A stretch of DNA of 64,000 nucleotides from the human T2T-CHM13v2.0 reference genome, Homo sapiens (GCF_009914755.1 NC_060932.1); one strand, 5' to 3'. Numbered from the stretch's first letter, positions 25,944 to 41,194 are shown. Program-made: numbers and translations. The notes: generated by a model not told the origin, from the letters alone.

Positions 25944-28900
25944 TCCTACTGATTACTGATGTACTCATGCAGAATTAACTAGTGAAAAGTAAGTTAATAC
26001 GACTTTGGAAATTAAAAAAATACCGAAGAAGCTATGTTGCAATTTGGATCATGAAGGCAATTGTAATTTGCTGCCTCTGAGCAAAATAGAGAAAATACGG
26101 CAGATTCTGGATGCAGGTAGGTAGAAATAAAATGTTACCCTCAGTGTTCATTGAGTTTCAAATGTCTTAAGGACAGTTTATTGAACTGGAAATATGTATG
26201 TATGGAACTCAAAAGAAACATTGTAAACAAAGACAAAAGTCTGGTCCTCCTCAGTGAGTAGAACTGCACAGCTGAGAGAAGAGAAGAGAGGTAGAATGAA
26301 ATTCAGAATAATCTACAAAAGTTAAAGACCAGGCCTGTACAAAGAAGGCTATGATGAACACTAAAAAGAATAAAGCATCAACGTAGAAAAAAACGCAAAG
26401 CAGATTTCTCCCTAAAAGGTAAAATCTTCCACGACTATGAACAGAGTGTTTAATTTTTATTTAAAGTTAGGTTTTCAGATGCTGTAAAAATAAATGACAG
26501 ACTTTTAGAATTTTCTACAGATTATTAAAAATTTGGTGGATGTTGGCATAATTTTCCTAGCAAAATTTTGACCTTAACAGGGAAGGTATATTAGAAATAT
26601 AACACATTTCTATTTTAAAATAATGCTTAGTATTGAAAGACAGAATGATCCCTAATTCTCCAAAACCCATTAAATAATTTTATTTTCACTTTGGGTAGGG
26701 TTGTCATATGCGGCAGCTGCTTCTCTATGAACAAATTTTCTCCATAATTTTAACATATGACATTGAATATGTAGTGAGAATATTAATAATAGTAAACTCT
26801 TTAAGCTGCCAAATAACATAATCAAATCAGTTTTCAATATTAATGTATATATGGCCTACCGTATTTACATTAACTGCTATATGCTATACACTCTTCATGT
26901 TTGCCAGTATATACATGTATCCTAGAATAGCAGATGTATGTTCCTATCACATTTCACAGGATTTTAAAAATTAAAATGTAAATCAATACATAGGATTTGT
27001 TTGAATATTTTTTCTTTTCTATGTCCTTAGCATAGCCTTTGTTATCCTGGAACTTCAAGTGTGATGCATAAATTTAAATCATCAGAATATTTCAATTTTT
27101 ATAATTAAATAAATCTTACTATGTCAATTTTCAGGTATTAAAGCAAAGTGACAATCTGGGATTTTAAAATAGGATAGACTACTGTGTGAAAAATTTTCTC
27201 TTCTCCCTTTTGTTGTTGGTCGTAGTTGTTCTACAAAACTACAGAATTTTGCTTCCTATGTGTCATAATTCTTATAGCTATATTATCTTGCTTGCCAATA
27301 ACATTACAATGTAACAGCAGTTTTCACTAGGTAGTCTTACACAATCTATTAAATTTTTAAAGTCGAAAACTTGGCATTGGAAATTATTGCCTCTCTAAAA
27401 CAGAATGTCAGATTCATCCATGATGTGGAAACTATTACAATTCCATTTATATAAAGGATGCCAGTTTTGGAAATAATCACCCACCTGTTACCTCCATGCA
27501 GGTATTGAATACTAGTTTTAGAATCTTAACATTCCCAGTGCTCTTGAAGCAACAGGAGTAGAATACATTTGCTGGAGTGTACCATTTCTATCACCTTCTG
27601 CGTCCTTCCCACTTAACCAAGAAGTAAGTCAAAGCAAGGCAAGTGAAGAATGTTCTACTAAATTATTAGTGAATTATAAAGCTTTCACTTGGTTGTGGTC
27701 CTATTATTTTTACTAAAGACTACTTTTATGGCAAAAGAGTCAGGTTAAAAAACATAACTAAAAATATATTTTGGTTAATTTCCTCTTTAGCAATCTTTGA
27801 TTCAAGAGTAGAGAGGAAAGCCGTCATAAACTGACATAGATATCAAACAGGCAAAACTGATGTTTACTGTATGAATACTGTGAGGAAGGGAATGATTGTT
27901 TTAATAGTTGGCTCTTTCTAAACATATGCCTCAACATATAAATATAAGAACATAATATAAAATAATAAACTTCTTTGATAATAATTAATTATTGGATGCC
28001 TAGAGACAAAAATAAAATATTAGTGAAGAAACTTTAGACAGATATCAAAGTAAGTAACAGGCAATGGTGCCTCTAAGAGTAAAGCATGTCGCACTATAAC
28101 TAGTCCTCCAAAAGAATCTCATGCCCAAGAAAAAAGATTTAAAGAAGAAATATAAAAACATCCTTACATATGTAAAGTTGAAGAGAACAATTCATGCAAT
28201 AAATATTGCAACCAGGAAGGAACAATTTTTGAGTCAAACAATGATGTAGAAAAGCTAGTTCCCAAAATGCATGGGATTTAAATATATGCTCCAACTCTCA
28301 CAATTTAAATATAATACAATAGAGACAAAGGAGAAAATAAAACTAGTACAAAAGTTATGATGGTAAAAAACAAAGTCTGTTTTTGTGAAAGATAATTTTA
28401 TATAGTAAAAAATTATTATATTAATATTTTGGAAGCAAACCTCAATGATATCTTGAACACTTCTCATTGTTTTATGCCCCGAAGAAAACTGTGAGTTTAT
28501 GAAGATAGGAGTTTATGTATGAATTGTGGTGACATACCTTGAGGAGGTGAAAATGCTTAGGAGAAATAAATGTAACAGAATTGTACACTATAGGCTGTCT
28601 TATTTTTTTCTTCCTTTTTGAAAGTAAGAGACCTGAAACAATGCATCCATGAATTTTCAGAAATACAAGCAAGTCTTCAAGATACATTTCAAATTCTAAG
28701 ACAGATTTTAAAAGGACAAGCTAAAGGAAATTAGAACATTAACATAGGACAGGTTTAATGCCACAAAATTAAATCAAATGATAAATTGGAGAATATCATG
28801 GGAGAACTAGAACTCAATGTATTATAAGAAAAGATTACAGGAGGATAAAAAAGAGATAAAATTTAAGACATTAATGATTTACCTAATAAAAATAAAATAA

Positions 28901-28974
28901 TATACCAAATAATGTTTTAAATGTGAGAAAATATTAGGTCAATTAATATTCTATTGTAAATCCATCTAATTTAA

Positions 28975-29480
28975 AACAGCCAACATTTATTAAGTTTCTA
29001 CCCCTAGAATGCACTACATAAGATTCAACAGAGATATAGAATTGCTAAGAACACAGACATTGACCTTTCATATTTCTCTGTTACATGAGGGAGATCGAAT
29101 ATGCATAAATTACTTGAATACAAAGCAGGTTATGTCAAGAATTATAATTCATATACAAATGAAATTTAATGTAGGTGTGAGGAAGGGAGAGTTTAATTTT
29201 AACTAGAGAGCATTTAGATTATCTAGAGAGGAGAGGTAGTATTTTTGCAAGATGAATATTCTGCACATATCTTTTAAACTAGGAACAGTTTAGCGCAAAC
29301 CAATGAATATTTGAGAAATGTAAGGACTCTTCTAATAAGACTGAGCCGTGATTTTTGCAGCGTGGCAGTAAAATATATAGTTGGAGTGGGTAGTAAGAGT
29401 CCAACTGTGACGTGTATTGAATACCAGAAAGATGTGGTTAAGTCAAAAAAGAACCTAAAGTCTATTTCAGGAATAGCATA
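28975..29480 (-). mobile_element. L2 LINE fragment
   Basis: cagccaacatttattaagtttctac antisense L2 3' end plus continuation. Confidence 0.55.
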
Positions 29481-30052
29481 AATAGAATAAGAAAGCAAAA
29501 TAAACGGGCATACACATACATGCAATAACAATGATAAAAATACGGGAGATGAAAAATACCCACATTCTATCATAACTTATAAATTCTAATGTGTTCAGAA
29601 TCACTGGTTCCTCCACATGCTGTCTGTACTACTGAGCCACTACGTAGTCTAAGATTATATATCGGAAGCAGTTTCCTCTGCAGACTAACATCAGCCCCCA
29701 GAAATTATTAGCAGATTTAGACTTGTTTCAAGAACAATAACAGGAGTGAAACAGAGGTAAAAATGTATCAATGGTCAAAGAAGAATGACAGTAATTTTAA
29801 ATAGAACTTTTCGGTTAATATTAAATACATCTGAAACTTTCCAACAGGGGACAAACTTAACTGGAGAAATTTAGCCAATTCTAGACTTACAGAGAATCAC
29901 AGTAGTACCATAGCTTCTGCACCTGCAAGAGATTTGGGGCCATCGTGATAAATATGGAGTTCATTGGATGGGAGGTAAAACAGAATTTATGTATATTAAT
30001 ACATAATATTTGTACATATTTAAAGGGTATATGTGATATTTGTATACACTTG

Positions 30053-30358
30053 TTTTTTTTGGTTTGTTTTTTTTTTTTTTTGACAGGGTCTCACTGTCGC
30101 CAAGGCTGGAGTGCAGTGGCGTGATCTTGGCTCACTGCAAACTCCGCCTCCTGGATTCAATTGATTCTCCTGCCTCAGCCTCTGAGTAGATGGGATTACA
30201 GGCACTCACCACCACGCCTGGATAATTTTTGTATTTTTAGTAGAGACAGGCTTTCACCATGTCGGCCAAGCTGGTCTCAAACTCCTGGCCTCAGGTAATC
30301 TACCTGCCTTGGCCTCCCAAAGTGCTGGGATTACAGGCGTGAACCACTGTGCCCGGCC
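30053..30358 (-). mobile_element. AluS (Sx/Sz-like)
   Basis: Full antisense Alu; TSD tacacttgt(t/c)ttttt at 30045 and 30359. Confidence 0.95.
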
Positions 30359-30879
30359 TACACTTGTCTTTTTAGTTTACTACACGGAGGCATAATATAT
30401 ATTTACTCCAACATCATCTGGTGATTTTTGAAGGACTAGTCTGCATAAAAAGCTCTGCTTGGTGTTGGGGGCAGATTTAGAAAGGGCTATTGATAAAAAG
30501 ATGGTGCATATTAGAGTCCTTGGGTCTGGAGTGCAGCTTTTCCTCATGCTCTCAATTCTTTACTTGGGAAGCACCAGTACACTATTCAAATCATAATTTT
30601 ATCAGGAATTCAATCTATTCTTTCTCAGAGAAGTTCACCATTGTTGTCTAATTCCCATAGTGCCTTTTATCTCCTTTATAATAGTGTTTATGAAAATATA
30701 TTAGAATTATTTTTTTGCCAACTTTTTTTTTTAACCATTAGAATGAATTCTGAATTCTTTGATGGCATGTAGAGATCATCATTTAACTATTTATAACTCA
30801 TTCAATCACACTAATCTAATGGTAGCCTTAAAAAGCAGAGGCTCTTTAAATGGTTATTGAAGTAAAAATGTCACAAATA

Positions 30880-32240
30880 TCTAATTAAAACTTAAAATTT
30901 ACATTCTTATATTTCAAACAACATCCAAAGAAAGTAATTTGAAACTAACAAAAGCAGTAGTGATTAAGAAGTAAAGTATAAATTGAAGATCTCAAATAAT
31001 ATTATGAAACATAAAATACAAAAATTATCAAGACAGGAGTTTGCAACAAATGGGCAATATTAAAATAGCTCTCAACTTACATAAACATTTTTTAAAAACA
31101 TTTACATACTGGGTGATGTAGATATACTTAGTAAATGAAAAGCCTTGCCCCACATCATATCAAACAAAACACAATGTTTTCAAATTAGAAATAACAAAAA
31201 ATATATAATTGTCAAATAAAATGAATTCTCATATGCACTTACTAAATGAAGGAGGAGATTCAGAACCAAAACAAAAATGATTATATAATTTTTCAACATG
31301 CTGAATTAATAATATTTTCTCAATGAGTACTTAAAAAAAATGTTATACATACGATAGTAAGACAGATAAAAAAATACAAACACAGTGGAATGCCCCTCCT
31401 TAAATTTTGGAAGGCAGCAAAGGAAACAAAATAGAAGTAGTAAAACTAAATAGAAATAAAATTAGAAAAAATGCTTAATATTTATGTCTACAATTTTATT
31501 CCTAGAAAAAACATTAAAATAATTCTTAGACTATGGGTTAAAACAAAAATAAAATACGTCTATATACATATATGTATATGTAATATAAAGTAAGAAATAT
31601 TAATTAGGCCAGGCGGGGTGGCTCATGCCTGTAATCCCAGCATTTCGGGAGGCGGAGGCGGATGGATCACCTGAGGTCAGGAGTTGAGGACCACCCTGGC
31701 CAACATGGTGAAACCTCATCTCTACTAAAAAATAAAAAAATTAGCAGGGCTTGGTGTCAGGCACCTGCAATTACAGCTGCTTGGGAGGCTGAGACAGGGA
31801 GAAGTTCCTGAACCCAGCAGGCGGAGGTTGTAGTAGCTGAGATCGCCCCATTGCACTCCAATGAGATTCCGTTTAAAAAAAAAAAAGAAATGTAAATTAT
31901 AATACGATGATGACTTGTATAAATATTAGCAAATCATTCAAAGAAATACTACTGATAGAAATAAATATAACTGACATTATAAAACCTAAACCTGATGCAG
32001 AAAATAATTAGAAAAAAACACGAAGAATACATAAGAAGATAATTTAAACAAATATGCTTTTCATATTCCAAATTTCTGAGACCAAAAGGAAAAAAAATTA
32101 CAATGAATCCAGAGTTAAAATGATCAAAATATTGGCAAATAGAACACAATCACATATGAAAGGAATTGCCAACCAGGGTTAAGCAGGGTTTGTCCCAAGA
32201 TAATTGCACTGTGATTGGGGTGACAATGAATATTAGTTTC
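30880..32240 (+). mobile_element. Highly degenerate old L1 (A-rich sense strand), interrupted by an Alu
   Basis: Strong A-skew and scattered L1 ORF2-like words; weak. Confidence 0.35.
31607..31886 (+). mobile_element. AluS with small right-arm deletion
   Basis: ggatcacctgaggtcaggagtt; TSD aagaaatattaatta (31592-31606) / aagaaatgtaaatta (31885-31899). Confidence 0.93.
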
Positions 32241-32491
32241 TTTTCCTGCCCTGAAGATGAGCAAAGAAATGAAGAAGCAGACAAATTAAAAATGCCTAAT
32301 GACTTTTCTTATGGACAAAAGTGTTTTCACAAGCTCTTTGAAGAAAAATTAACTATAATAAAAGTTGAAACAATAGATAGGGCACAGATTTTATAAATTA
32401 GAAATATCTGTGCTTAAAAATCCAACTAATAAGAATGCATATACTTCATGTTTACATTGTATTTATTCACTTTATAAAATTTTGTCAACTG

Positions 32492-33253
32492 TGTTTTTTT
32501 GGGACTCAGAAAACGATACCCTGAAAGTTTGGCACTTTGGTATACTGAATACTTTGAACTGAAATAGGTAGGCCTCAGAAATAGGATTCGGAACCAAGGT
32601 CTCCTTCTGCCCTTCCCATCCTCCTCTTCCCCTAGCCATCCTCTATTTTTCACCAAGCACAAGGAAGGACTTTTTCTGGAATTTTCTTATCTGACTAATA
32701 AAATTTCTTTCCAAAAGGAATGCAACTGATGTAATACCCAGGAAACAGCCAGGAAAGATCTATCAAATACCATGGAAAGATTAACCACTAATGAAGACAA
32801 GAGAATAAAAACCACACTCTGATAGAATTTTATCCATTTGCCCAAGGACAGGTTTGAGTGATTACTGGGAAACATTATCTGAATAATAAGACAACTTTAT
32901 TTTACAGCAAAGTTCTGTCCCTCACCTTGCTACCACCTCCCCAAGAGCTCAGAGGAAATTTCTCCCAGGTCATTGTATTCTGGAACTCACTTATCTCCCC
33001 CTGTAAATCGTTTACTAATCCTAAAATTAACTACTGCCACTGTCCCCCTTCTCATTTCCCTGTCCTCTATGAAGAGGGTATTTAAGCCTCAACCATCTGG
33101 CTTTTCTTTGAGTCTCTTTTTGTGGTGCTTCCTTCATGTCCATATGCACAGTAGAAAATTCTACGCGTTTTTCCTCTGTTAATCTCTTTATTGACAGTCA
33201 TTTCAGAGCACCTTCAAAGAGGAAGGAAGAAAAGCTTTCCCTCTGCTCCTACA
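32492..33253 (+). mobile_element. Solo ERV1 LTR, MER39/MER34 family
   Basis: TG...CA ends; start gggactcagaaaacgataccc, TATA-like gggtatttaagcctc near 33077, end ccttcaaagagg...tttccctctgctcctaca. Confidence 0.8.
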
Positions 33254-33744
33254 CATTAAATTTGGGGTTTAAAAAGTACATGATGCATGTGTAGCAAATC
33301 TGCCGCTTTTATCTCAACATTCTTCTTAGAGAGCTTGCTGATCTCGCAAAGATCACTTGATTCAAACTTGACCTCATTTGTTTGTATCTTACAGTTATTT
33401 AAGTGAAAGTCAATCAATATGGTATTCCTCTGTAAGTCTGAAATAAAACAAACAGAGACTGTGTGTTGCAGTAAAGTTTTGGGGCCATGTAGAATTTCAT
33501 GGAAAGGTAGTACCATGGAGGCAACACAATATCACCCTCAAGTTAAGGTAGTGATGGGGTAGAAACAAGACCCTATCCTAGGGAGCTGGCTTGTAGATGT
33601 GAAAGACGAAAACATGCAAAACAAACAAAGAAACAAACAACAAAACCACTGGAAAAGTGACAGTGTGACCCACAGAGTGTAAGAGAGAGACGAAAAAAAA
33701 TGTTTTTTGGCTTCTTAGGCTATTTTTTCACCTTAAATTGAGTT

Positions 33745-34270
33745 TTTAATTATTTGTTTTAAACTTGACAGATAACATTGTATTTAGGTATCAGCTACAA
33801 CATGATACTTTAAAGTGTAGATTATCCCTTATTCAAACTGCTTGGAATGAGAAGTGTTTTAGATCTCAAATTTTTTAAAAAATTTTGAATATGTGCATAT
33901 ACACAATGAAATATCTTGGGGAAGGAACCCAAGTCTAAACAAAAAATGTACTTATGTTTCATATACATAATATATAAATAGCCTGAATATAATTGTTTAA
34001 TATATATAGCCTGAATGTAATTTTATATATGTTTTTAATAATTTGGTTTATGAAAATAATTTTTGACTGCATTTCGACTGTAATTCATCACATAAGGTCA
34101 GATATGAAATTTTCCACTTGTGGAATCATGTCAGACCTCAAAAAGTGTCACATTCTTGAGTATTTTGAATTTCAAATTTTCACAGGGTTGCTCAACCTGA
34201 TATACACATTACAGAATGATGAAATCTAACTAATTAACAATTGCCTAACCTCACATATTATCATTCTTGG
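33745..34270 (-). mobile_element. L1MA-type 3' end, split by Tigger4
   Basis: ttgacagataacattgtattt...tacaacatgatactttaaagt, resuming tatacacattacagaatg...ctaattaacaat. Confidence 0.65.
33818..34199. mobile_element. Tigger4/MER46-family MITE (Tigger4b-like)
   Basis: tatcccttattcaaactgcttgg start, atatcttggggaaggaacccaagtctaaac, aattttccacttgtgg, end tgctcaacctg. Confidence 0.8.
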
Positions 34271-37200
34271 CTGGTGTACCTCTTATAGATAGCTTCTCTG
34301 AGATTCTCTTTTGTGCTAACAGTAAACAAGCTGACTTGACAGCCTCTCCACTGCATTTTAGGCAAGCAGTCCATGTTATGATATTGCTGTTATATGTAAA
34401 TTGTCAGTGATACTTTGAAATTGAGTTGTAATTTAAGGAGGAAAAACAAAGTGAGTTGAAAGGCAGCACAGAGATATATTGTTTATGGTTGTTTCTTTGT
34501 ATAATATAGCTTTGTCAAGTGTAAAAAGACCACTTTCTTCTTTGTTATGTCAAATACATAAAAAAAGAAGAATCTTAAATGCTGATGTTGGGATATTGAT
34601 GAAACCAAATCAGCATGTAATGCAAATTACCTCACATGAATTAGTATAAGATTTAAATAGGTCGTCTTTATGTTATGTGTTATGGAGATTGTTGAAAATT
34701 CACCCTGAAACACTTGGAAGTGCTTTCCTTTAGTTGTATAAAGTTAAGTAAATCAATGCATGTTACTCAAAGCCATTTTTTCTCCAGCTTCAAAATGTAC
34801 TAATTTCATTGAAATTATCAAAGCAGAAAAAATAGAAATTCACATAGATATGGAAGTGCATAGTTCTGATCTTACATTAACAGTCAAGATTTTGAGATTT
34901 AGTAATAGGAAAAAAACCTTTACTATTTGTTGTGTTAATAGACATTAAATCTGGTTTCTTACACAATAAGTAATTATTAGCTCACCAAGAAATGTGACTT
35001 ACAGAATGTGAAAGGGAATAAGGAGGTACTTTTGTAGTTCTGAAGTAATCTGTTGGTACAAATATCAGAATAACATGAATCATCAAAATAATATACTTGG
35101 CAGGAATGAGAAAAATGTGAAATACGTGATGATATTTGATGACTCTCCAAACTTTGTAAGGATAGATCATTCTACCAAACTCCTATGTAGCAAAATTAGC
35201 ATTGATGAAATGACAGTATTTTCCCCATTATGTCTTCATTTATGACTCTTAACCTCACAGATTAAAATCATAACAAAACATAATGTACTTATTGAAAAAC
35301 TATACTTCATCAACACACATCTCCAGTAAAGATAACAATAACAAATGGAAAAAATTACTAAATCTGTTATATTTATATTTAGCTAATTTTCTTGCTTTTT
35401 TTAGGTGTTGACCTTGATAAGTTAGCTCAGTCTTCTTTCATGTGAATCATGAAATAAGGGACAGAGATTTGAATTTAAATTGAAAGTATTAAGAAGCCAA
35501 GGAGGAGTTCTGAGACAAGAGCAAACATTAAAAAAAAAAGTGTAAGAGCACAGTTTGGTGATCACAAATGATTATATTATTGTACAAACACTATTAAAGA
35601 AATACATGTGGGATCTTCATTAATACTGGATAAACTAGTTAATATCAGTTGGCTGAACAGATGGGAGTCAATAAACATTTTAATTGGAAATTACAAGAGA
35701 AAATTACATTAGGTTAAATTGCAAAAATGATGCCTTTCATTGGAAAGTTACAAACAGCATCTGTAGAATGTTATATTTACCTGTGATAAGGTAATGATAC
35801 AATATATATGATATATAAATAAAGGTGGTGTCAACTACACTGATATTTACACGGGAAGAAAATCCCATTGAAGAGCTAAACAATTTTACAATAATCAGAT
35901 TATTTTGGTATTATATACACAGAAAGCCTGCTTCAAATAGATGATGACTTCCTGTAGGATAGGCACTAGAGCTTCATCCCTATATTCTCAAAGTCTAGGC
36001 AAGAGTCTGATACATACTGGTTCTCAATAAATAATTGATAGCTGAAGGAATGTCTCAAAGAGTTCTAGAACTGATAAGTAACCCACTGGTTGTTTTGCAG
36101 AAATAAAACTTACTGATCACTGTATCCTTCACAACTTAAATTATGTCAATCCCATAATATTCACTTCAAAATAATACTATTCTAATACATAAAGCATAAT
36201 ATTCTAAATTTTACTTTAATCAAAAGAAAATTATATAAAAAATTAATTTGATATTTACATGAAATAGCAAATGATAAACTTAATATGTCTAACATCTTCC
36301 AATTTCTTTTTAGGCCTTTGTGAAATTGCTTTTGAAAGCATTACATAATTAGAATATAAAGTCTTTCTAAAATAGGAAATTTTTAATAATTTTTGTGAAG
36401 ATGGGGAAAATAGGTAGTAATCTTCAAATTATTGAAAAATGGCTAATTTCTAAGAACTCACAAATTGGCAATATATAAAAAATAAGGTCAAAATGTCATT
36501 TCTGATATCTACTTGTTAATATATTAATGAAGACCCTCAAGCTAACACAGATATTAAAGGTTTTCTAGCACTTTTCTAGAAAATGGATCTTAAAAGTTTC
36601 TGTCTGACCTCCTTTAAAAAGATTAAACAAATAAAAGAGTACTCAAGTACTAGCAGGATTTAAAGACGAAAGTTTTTTAAAAGGCTGTAAAAAGAGCGTT
36701 GAACATGAATTCAATACAGGTAATTATGAGCCTGTCAGCATTTCTATTACAAACTTCATTTAGAGGTTTTATCATTTCCATAATCTTAAAAACTAGGAAG
36801 CCGAAAGTTGGCACACAAATTAGCAGCCTGGATGCAAATTTATTTACACAAAACATTTGAATCAGTTCAGCTGTTTTGATTTATGCATCAGCCAAAATAT
36901 CTTAACTCCAGATTTCTCCATATATGTGAACACTGAGTAAATATTTTGTCTAGAGTACATAGTTAGGTCACTTAGAGTATGGAATCAATAAATTCAAGGT
37001 AGAGTATGTATCGTCTCCAAAAGAGTCAGCTGTATTTTTTTTGCCAGTTTTTCTAACTTTGATCCCTTATCTTGCATATGCAGCCTTTAGCAACACAGAG
37101 TTCAATATTAGAAAATGCAGGTAGCTCAGCATAAATTCATTACTAACATTTAGTTGAGATTAAAATTATACTTCTGATAATGGATTCAGAGAAGCCATTT

Positions 37201-39145
37201 CTGCATAATGAAAATATAGTTTAAAGATGAAAACTAAATCACTTCTAAAAATTACAAATTAGCTTAATTTAAAGCTTATATTTTTAAAATTATTGACTAA
37301 GTGGATAAACTTCATTGTGGGTGTATCCATTATGTGGTACATTATGTGTTATTTTAAGAGAAAATAAAATAAGAATATATTTTCCTCAAATATCCTTCAA
37401 ATAAGATAACTCCCATAATGTAAACAAGCAAAAAAGATAAGAAGATTAAAAAAACAAAACAGCCCCATAGAAAGCTAAAATATATATTTGAGAAATTATA
37501 ATAATATCAAATAACAAAACACAGCTGTAAGTTTTATTAAGTAGCTATCAAAGAAGAAACAAATGGCTAATAGGAATGTGAACTAGTTTGGGAAAAGTTG
37601 TTTTGATTATCTACCTCTCCCTAAGATCATGAAAATGAAATGTCAAGTGAATTTGTGATTTTAAATCTCAATAAAATCAAATAAATACTAACAACAATTG
37701 GATGCATTCTAAAATGGAAAACCTGGCTGATGGCTGATCATAAGTTTTCAACAATAAATAAAATTTTGGAATGAACAATTGTAGAAAACAGACTTGGAGA
37801 CAAATCGTAAATGTACCTTTATCTGGGACTTGACCAACCTTGGAGAAATCTACATCTACCTGTTGTAAGATCATATATCAAAACTATTTAAAATAAGAAT
37901 GGCCTATGAAGAAGTATTAAATGCAATAAGTATATCCTATGACTAATACAAATGAGGACATTATTAGGATAACTTATCTTTAAAATTAAAAAGACAGGTT
38001 AAAATAAAATTTCTGAAAATATAACAACAAATAAAGCTTTAATAATGCATGTAGAAAAAGGCTAGTTTATATTGGGAGAGTCTATAAAGTTTAGAAATGA
38101 CAAAAGTAATATAGTTACATATGAAAATATATTTTATCATATACACAAGAAAATGTAATGCTAAATTTGAGCACTTAAGTATAATTTAATAAAAACATTT
38201 TTTCTTTCATAGACTGATGTATATCTATATTCCCCCCAGTTAATCCTTAAGTTAATCTTTAGATTGCATGTGAAGTTTCCCATTTGCCTATATTAATATA
38301 CTCATGTATCTGTGTCTCCTTACACAATTACTTCAAAAAGTCTAGTCTTAATTCTGATCAGGATTTTGGGGTAGGCACAGTGGTCTCTCCATTCAATGAG
38401 CTTTACTCTCATAAACCAATTATGTCTAAAAAAAAAAAAAAGAGGCTCATAAAATAGTATCAAATACAAGAAAAGTACACTGGACAGGTAAAGACTGGTT
38501 TTCACTCTCTAGCTTGGCAAGTCATTTCATTTCTCTGGCCTGTCCCCTCTTTTATGTGAAGATACACAGCTACCCCTGTATTTTTAACTAAAGGACACTT
38601 ATGGACTGAAATAGACTTTGTGAATGGAACTTGGATATGCATATTTTAATTTTGAAAAATATGTATTTGCCCCTACAAATAAATCTAATGCACATTTCCT
38701 GCCTAGTAAACACTAGATTGGGGACACTCTGAGAACTTCCATATCCTTTAAATTCTGTAGAGCTGAGTGGAAGGTTAAGATACCAAGTAAAACAATTTTA
38801 TTTTTCAATGCTTATGATACAATTTTATCATTTTATATGTGAAGTTCATAAATTTATCTGCATTCACAAATTTTAAATTTTACTCAAGAGCCTCCATTAG
38901 GAGCTAAGGGTTATAATGTTTACCTCTGTTTTATCTTACTTAATGTGCTAGTTTTATATTTTATAGTGTCATATTTAACATATGTATTACCTGTGCATTT
39001 ACTTTGCTTACTATCGCTTATAAAAGTAGAAAGTATCTTTTATATCTATTGTACAGACCATTTAGAGAACAAAATTAGTCAAGTTAAGTGAAAGATGTTG
39101 AAAATTACAAAACCAATTAAGTTATGTGTTACTCCAACTGTGGGA

Positions 39146-39185
<40 letters not shown>
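39146..39185. repeat. (TATC)10 tetranucleotide STR
   Basis: Seen directly, perfect. Confidence 0.98.
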
Positions 39186-39190
<5 letters not shown>

Positions 39191-39339
39191 GTCTAATCAC
39201 GACTATTGATCTTAAGCTTTCTTCTAAATTAAATTTTCAGGGCCTCAATGTTTCTCTTAAAAATGAAGAGGTTTAATTGGTAACTTAGTCATTTACATTT
39301 TTCTTTTAGATTTTGGTAAGTCTATGGCTTATGAATCTA

Positions 39340-39500
39340 TTATCCTTTCAGATTTCACTTAACCACTAGCTAACTGTATGATCCTGGCAAATCATTGAAC
39401 TCTGGACTCAGAAAAATGTGTATTACTCGAAAATGGAGATAACAATCTCTATATAGGAGTTAATAGCTATCTCAAAGATACTTATTAGAATTCAATACAG
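39340..39500 (+). mobile_element. MIR fragment
   Basis: ccactagctaactgtatgatcctggcaaatcattgaactctggactcag...aaaatggagataaca. Confidence 0.6.
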
Positions 39501-41194
39501 GAAGAAAAGGGAGAAAAGAACTGTTTGAGATGTAAAGGACACTTTAGTTAAGGGCTTATCATAAAGCATCACACATGAAAAGACACAACAAAGAATTTTA
39601 TCCCGGTACCATTTCCCAAAACATAAGAATGTCTCGTATCCTCTCTACATAGTAAATAACTCTGATCATTCTGGAGTCAATCAGATAAACTTGTATAACA
39701 GAAAACTATGGCAAAAGCCCTTGCTTTTTTAGTTATTTGGGATAAAATAAGTCTACTTTTATAGAGTCTGTTTCCATTTACAAACTTCCTCTCAAAGTGG
39801 TATTTAATCATATTTTTTAATGTCATAGTTAAAAAATCCTCCCTATTATTTTAAACTCATGATCATTAACATTCCTTTAAAAATTGCTAACATCAAGCAA
39901 AGAAAATCTTCATAATCTTAAACATTATGAACTTAGCTTTTTAAGGGAATCACTCATGACTATTTATATATTTCAATCATTTTCTGAACATTTCAACTCC
40001 TCAAAGAGTAGAATTTCTTAACTTTGCAAATTTTACTCCCATATCATAAAATGACTTTAAAACATTTCAACTATCACTAAAATTGATAACGTATGGATGT
40101 TCTTATACCATTAATATTTATAAAATGTATTATTGTTTCTTATAGAATTTTGAATAATTGTCTTATATATATATATCATGTGAAAAAATATGCAGATGAA
40201 AATGTAACTAGAGAGAATACATAAATCTCATGTAAATATGACTTAAACATAATAAAACCCATGAAAAAAAGAAACATTTCTCTAGATTTAAAAGCTTTTA
40301 AGTAAGAAATTGTCTACAGATTATAAGAAATAAATAAAAATTTGATGTTAAGTACTGCCCCTCAATGCTCTTTTGAGACATGAAAAAGTCAACACACTGA
40401 TTTTATTTACAGACTTGTAATGTCAAGAAATAAACTTTACTGAAGATACAATTAGTTTATTTGAAGTACACATTATATCAGAAAAGTTTTTCACTCCATA
40501 ATTATCTCCTTTTGTCTTCTACCAAATAAGTAATTATCATTTTTAAAATTTTACCACAAGCATATAATTACTAATACTAATTGATATATAGTACTGAAAT
40601 ATTAATTTTTCTGATTGACTATCTTCATTGGTGCCATCTGAGCTAACTTTCTAATAAAATTGATAAGGTAAAGTAGAAAAAGAATTGAACATGAGCTTGA
40701 ATGCCCTGTCATCTAGTCTGAGTTCTGGAATTAATGGTCTTTGAAAACTACCAAAAATTACTTATCCTTTCTTGGCATTTGCGCTTATTGTAAAATACAT
40801 GAGCAGTGAACTAGCTGATATTTAAGGACCTATGAATGTCATGATTTGTGACAAGATGAATGAACAAATTCATGTTAGTACATTAATCAATCCCTATTAA
40901 AAGAAATCAATATCAGAATGCAGGGGATGAAATCAGCACAGGAGGAGAGGTAGCATTTTTTTCTTTTTAGCTGTGAGTCTGCCCCTTATTCATATAGCCA
41001 GCACCAGAAGTGAATGTGTAAAAGTGATAAGCAGCAGTTTCACAGTGTTTCTCAGCTGTATAATGGCCTGGGAACTTAGCCAAAGTGAAATAATAGCTAG
41101 TGAGAAGAGGCTACACTTTTTATTTACTGCTATGGAAAAGTGAAGGTGGTGGTGTTAGAGATAAAGTGCGAGTTCATACAGGCTTTGCATGTGC

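Noticed and set aside
28000-28930. A-rich stretch resembling old L1 ORF1
   Set aside because: Too degenerate to support without an HMM search
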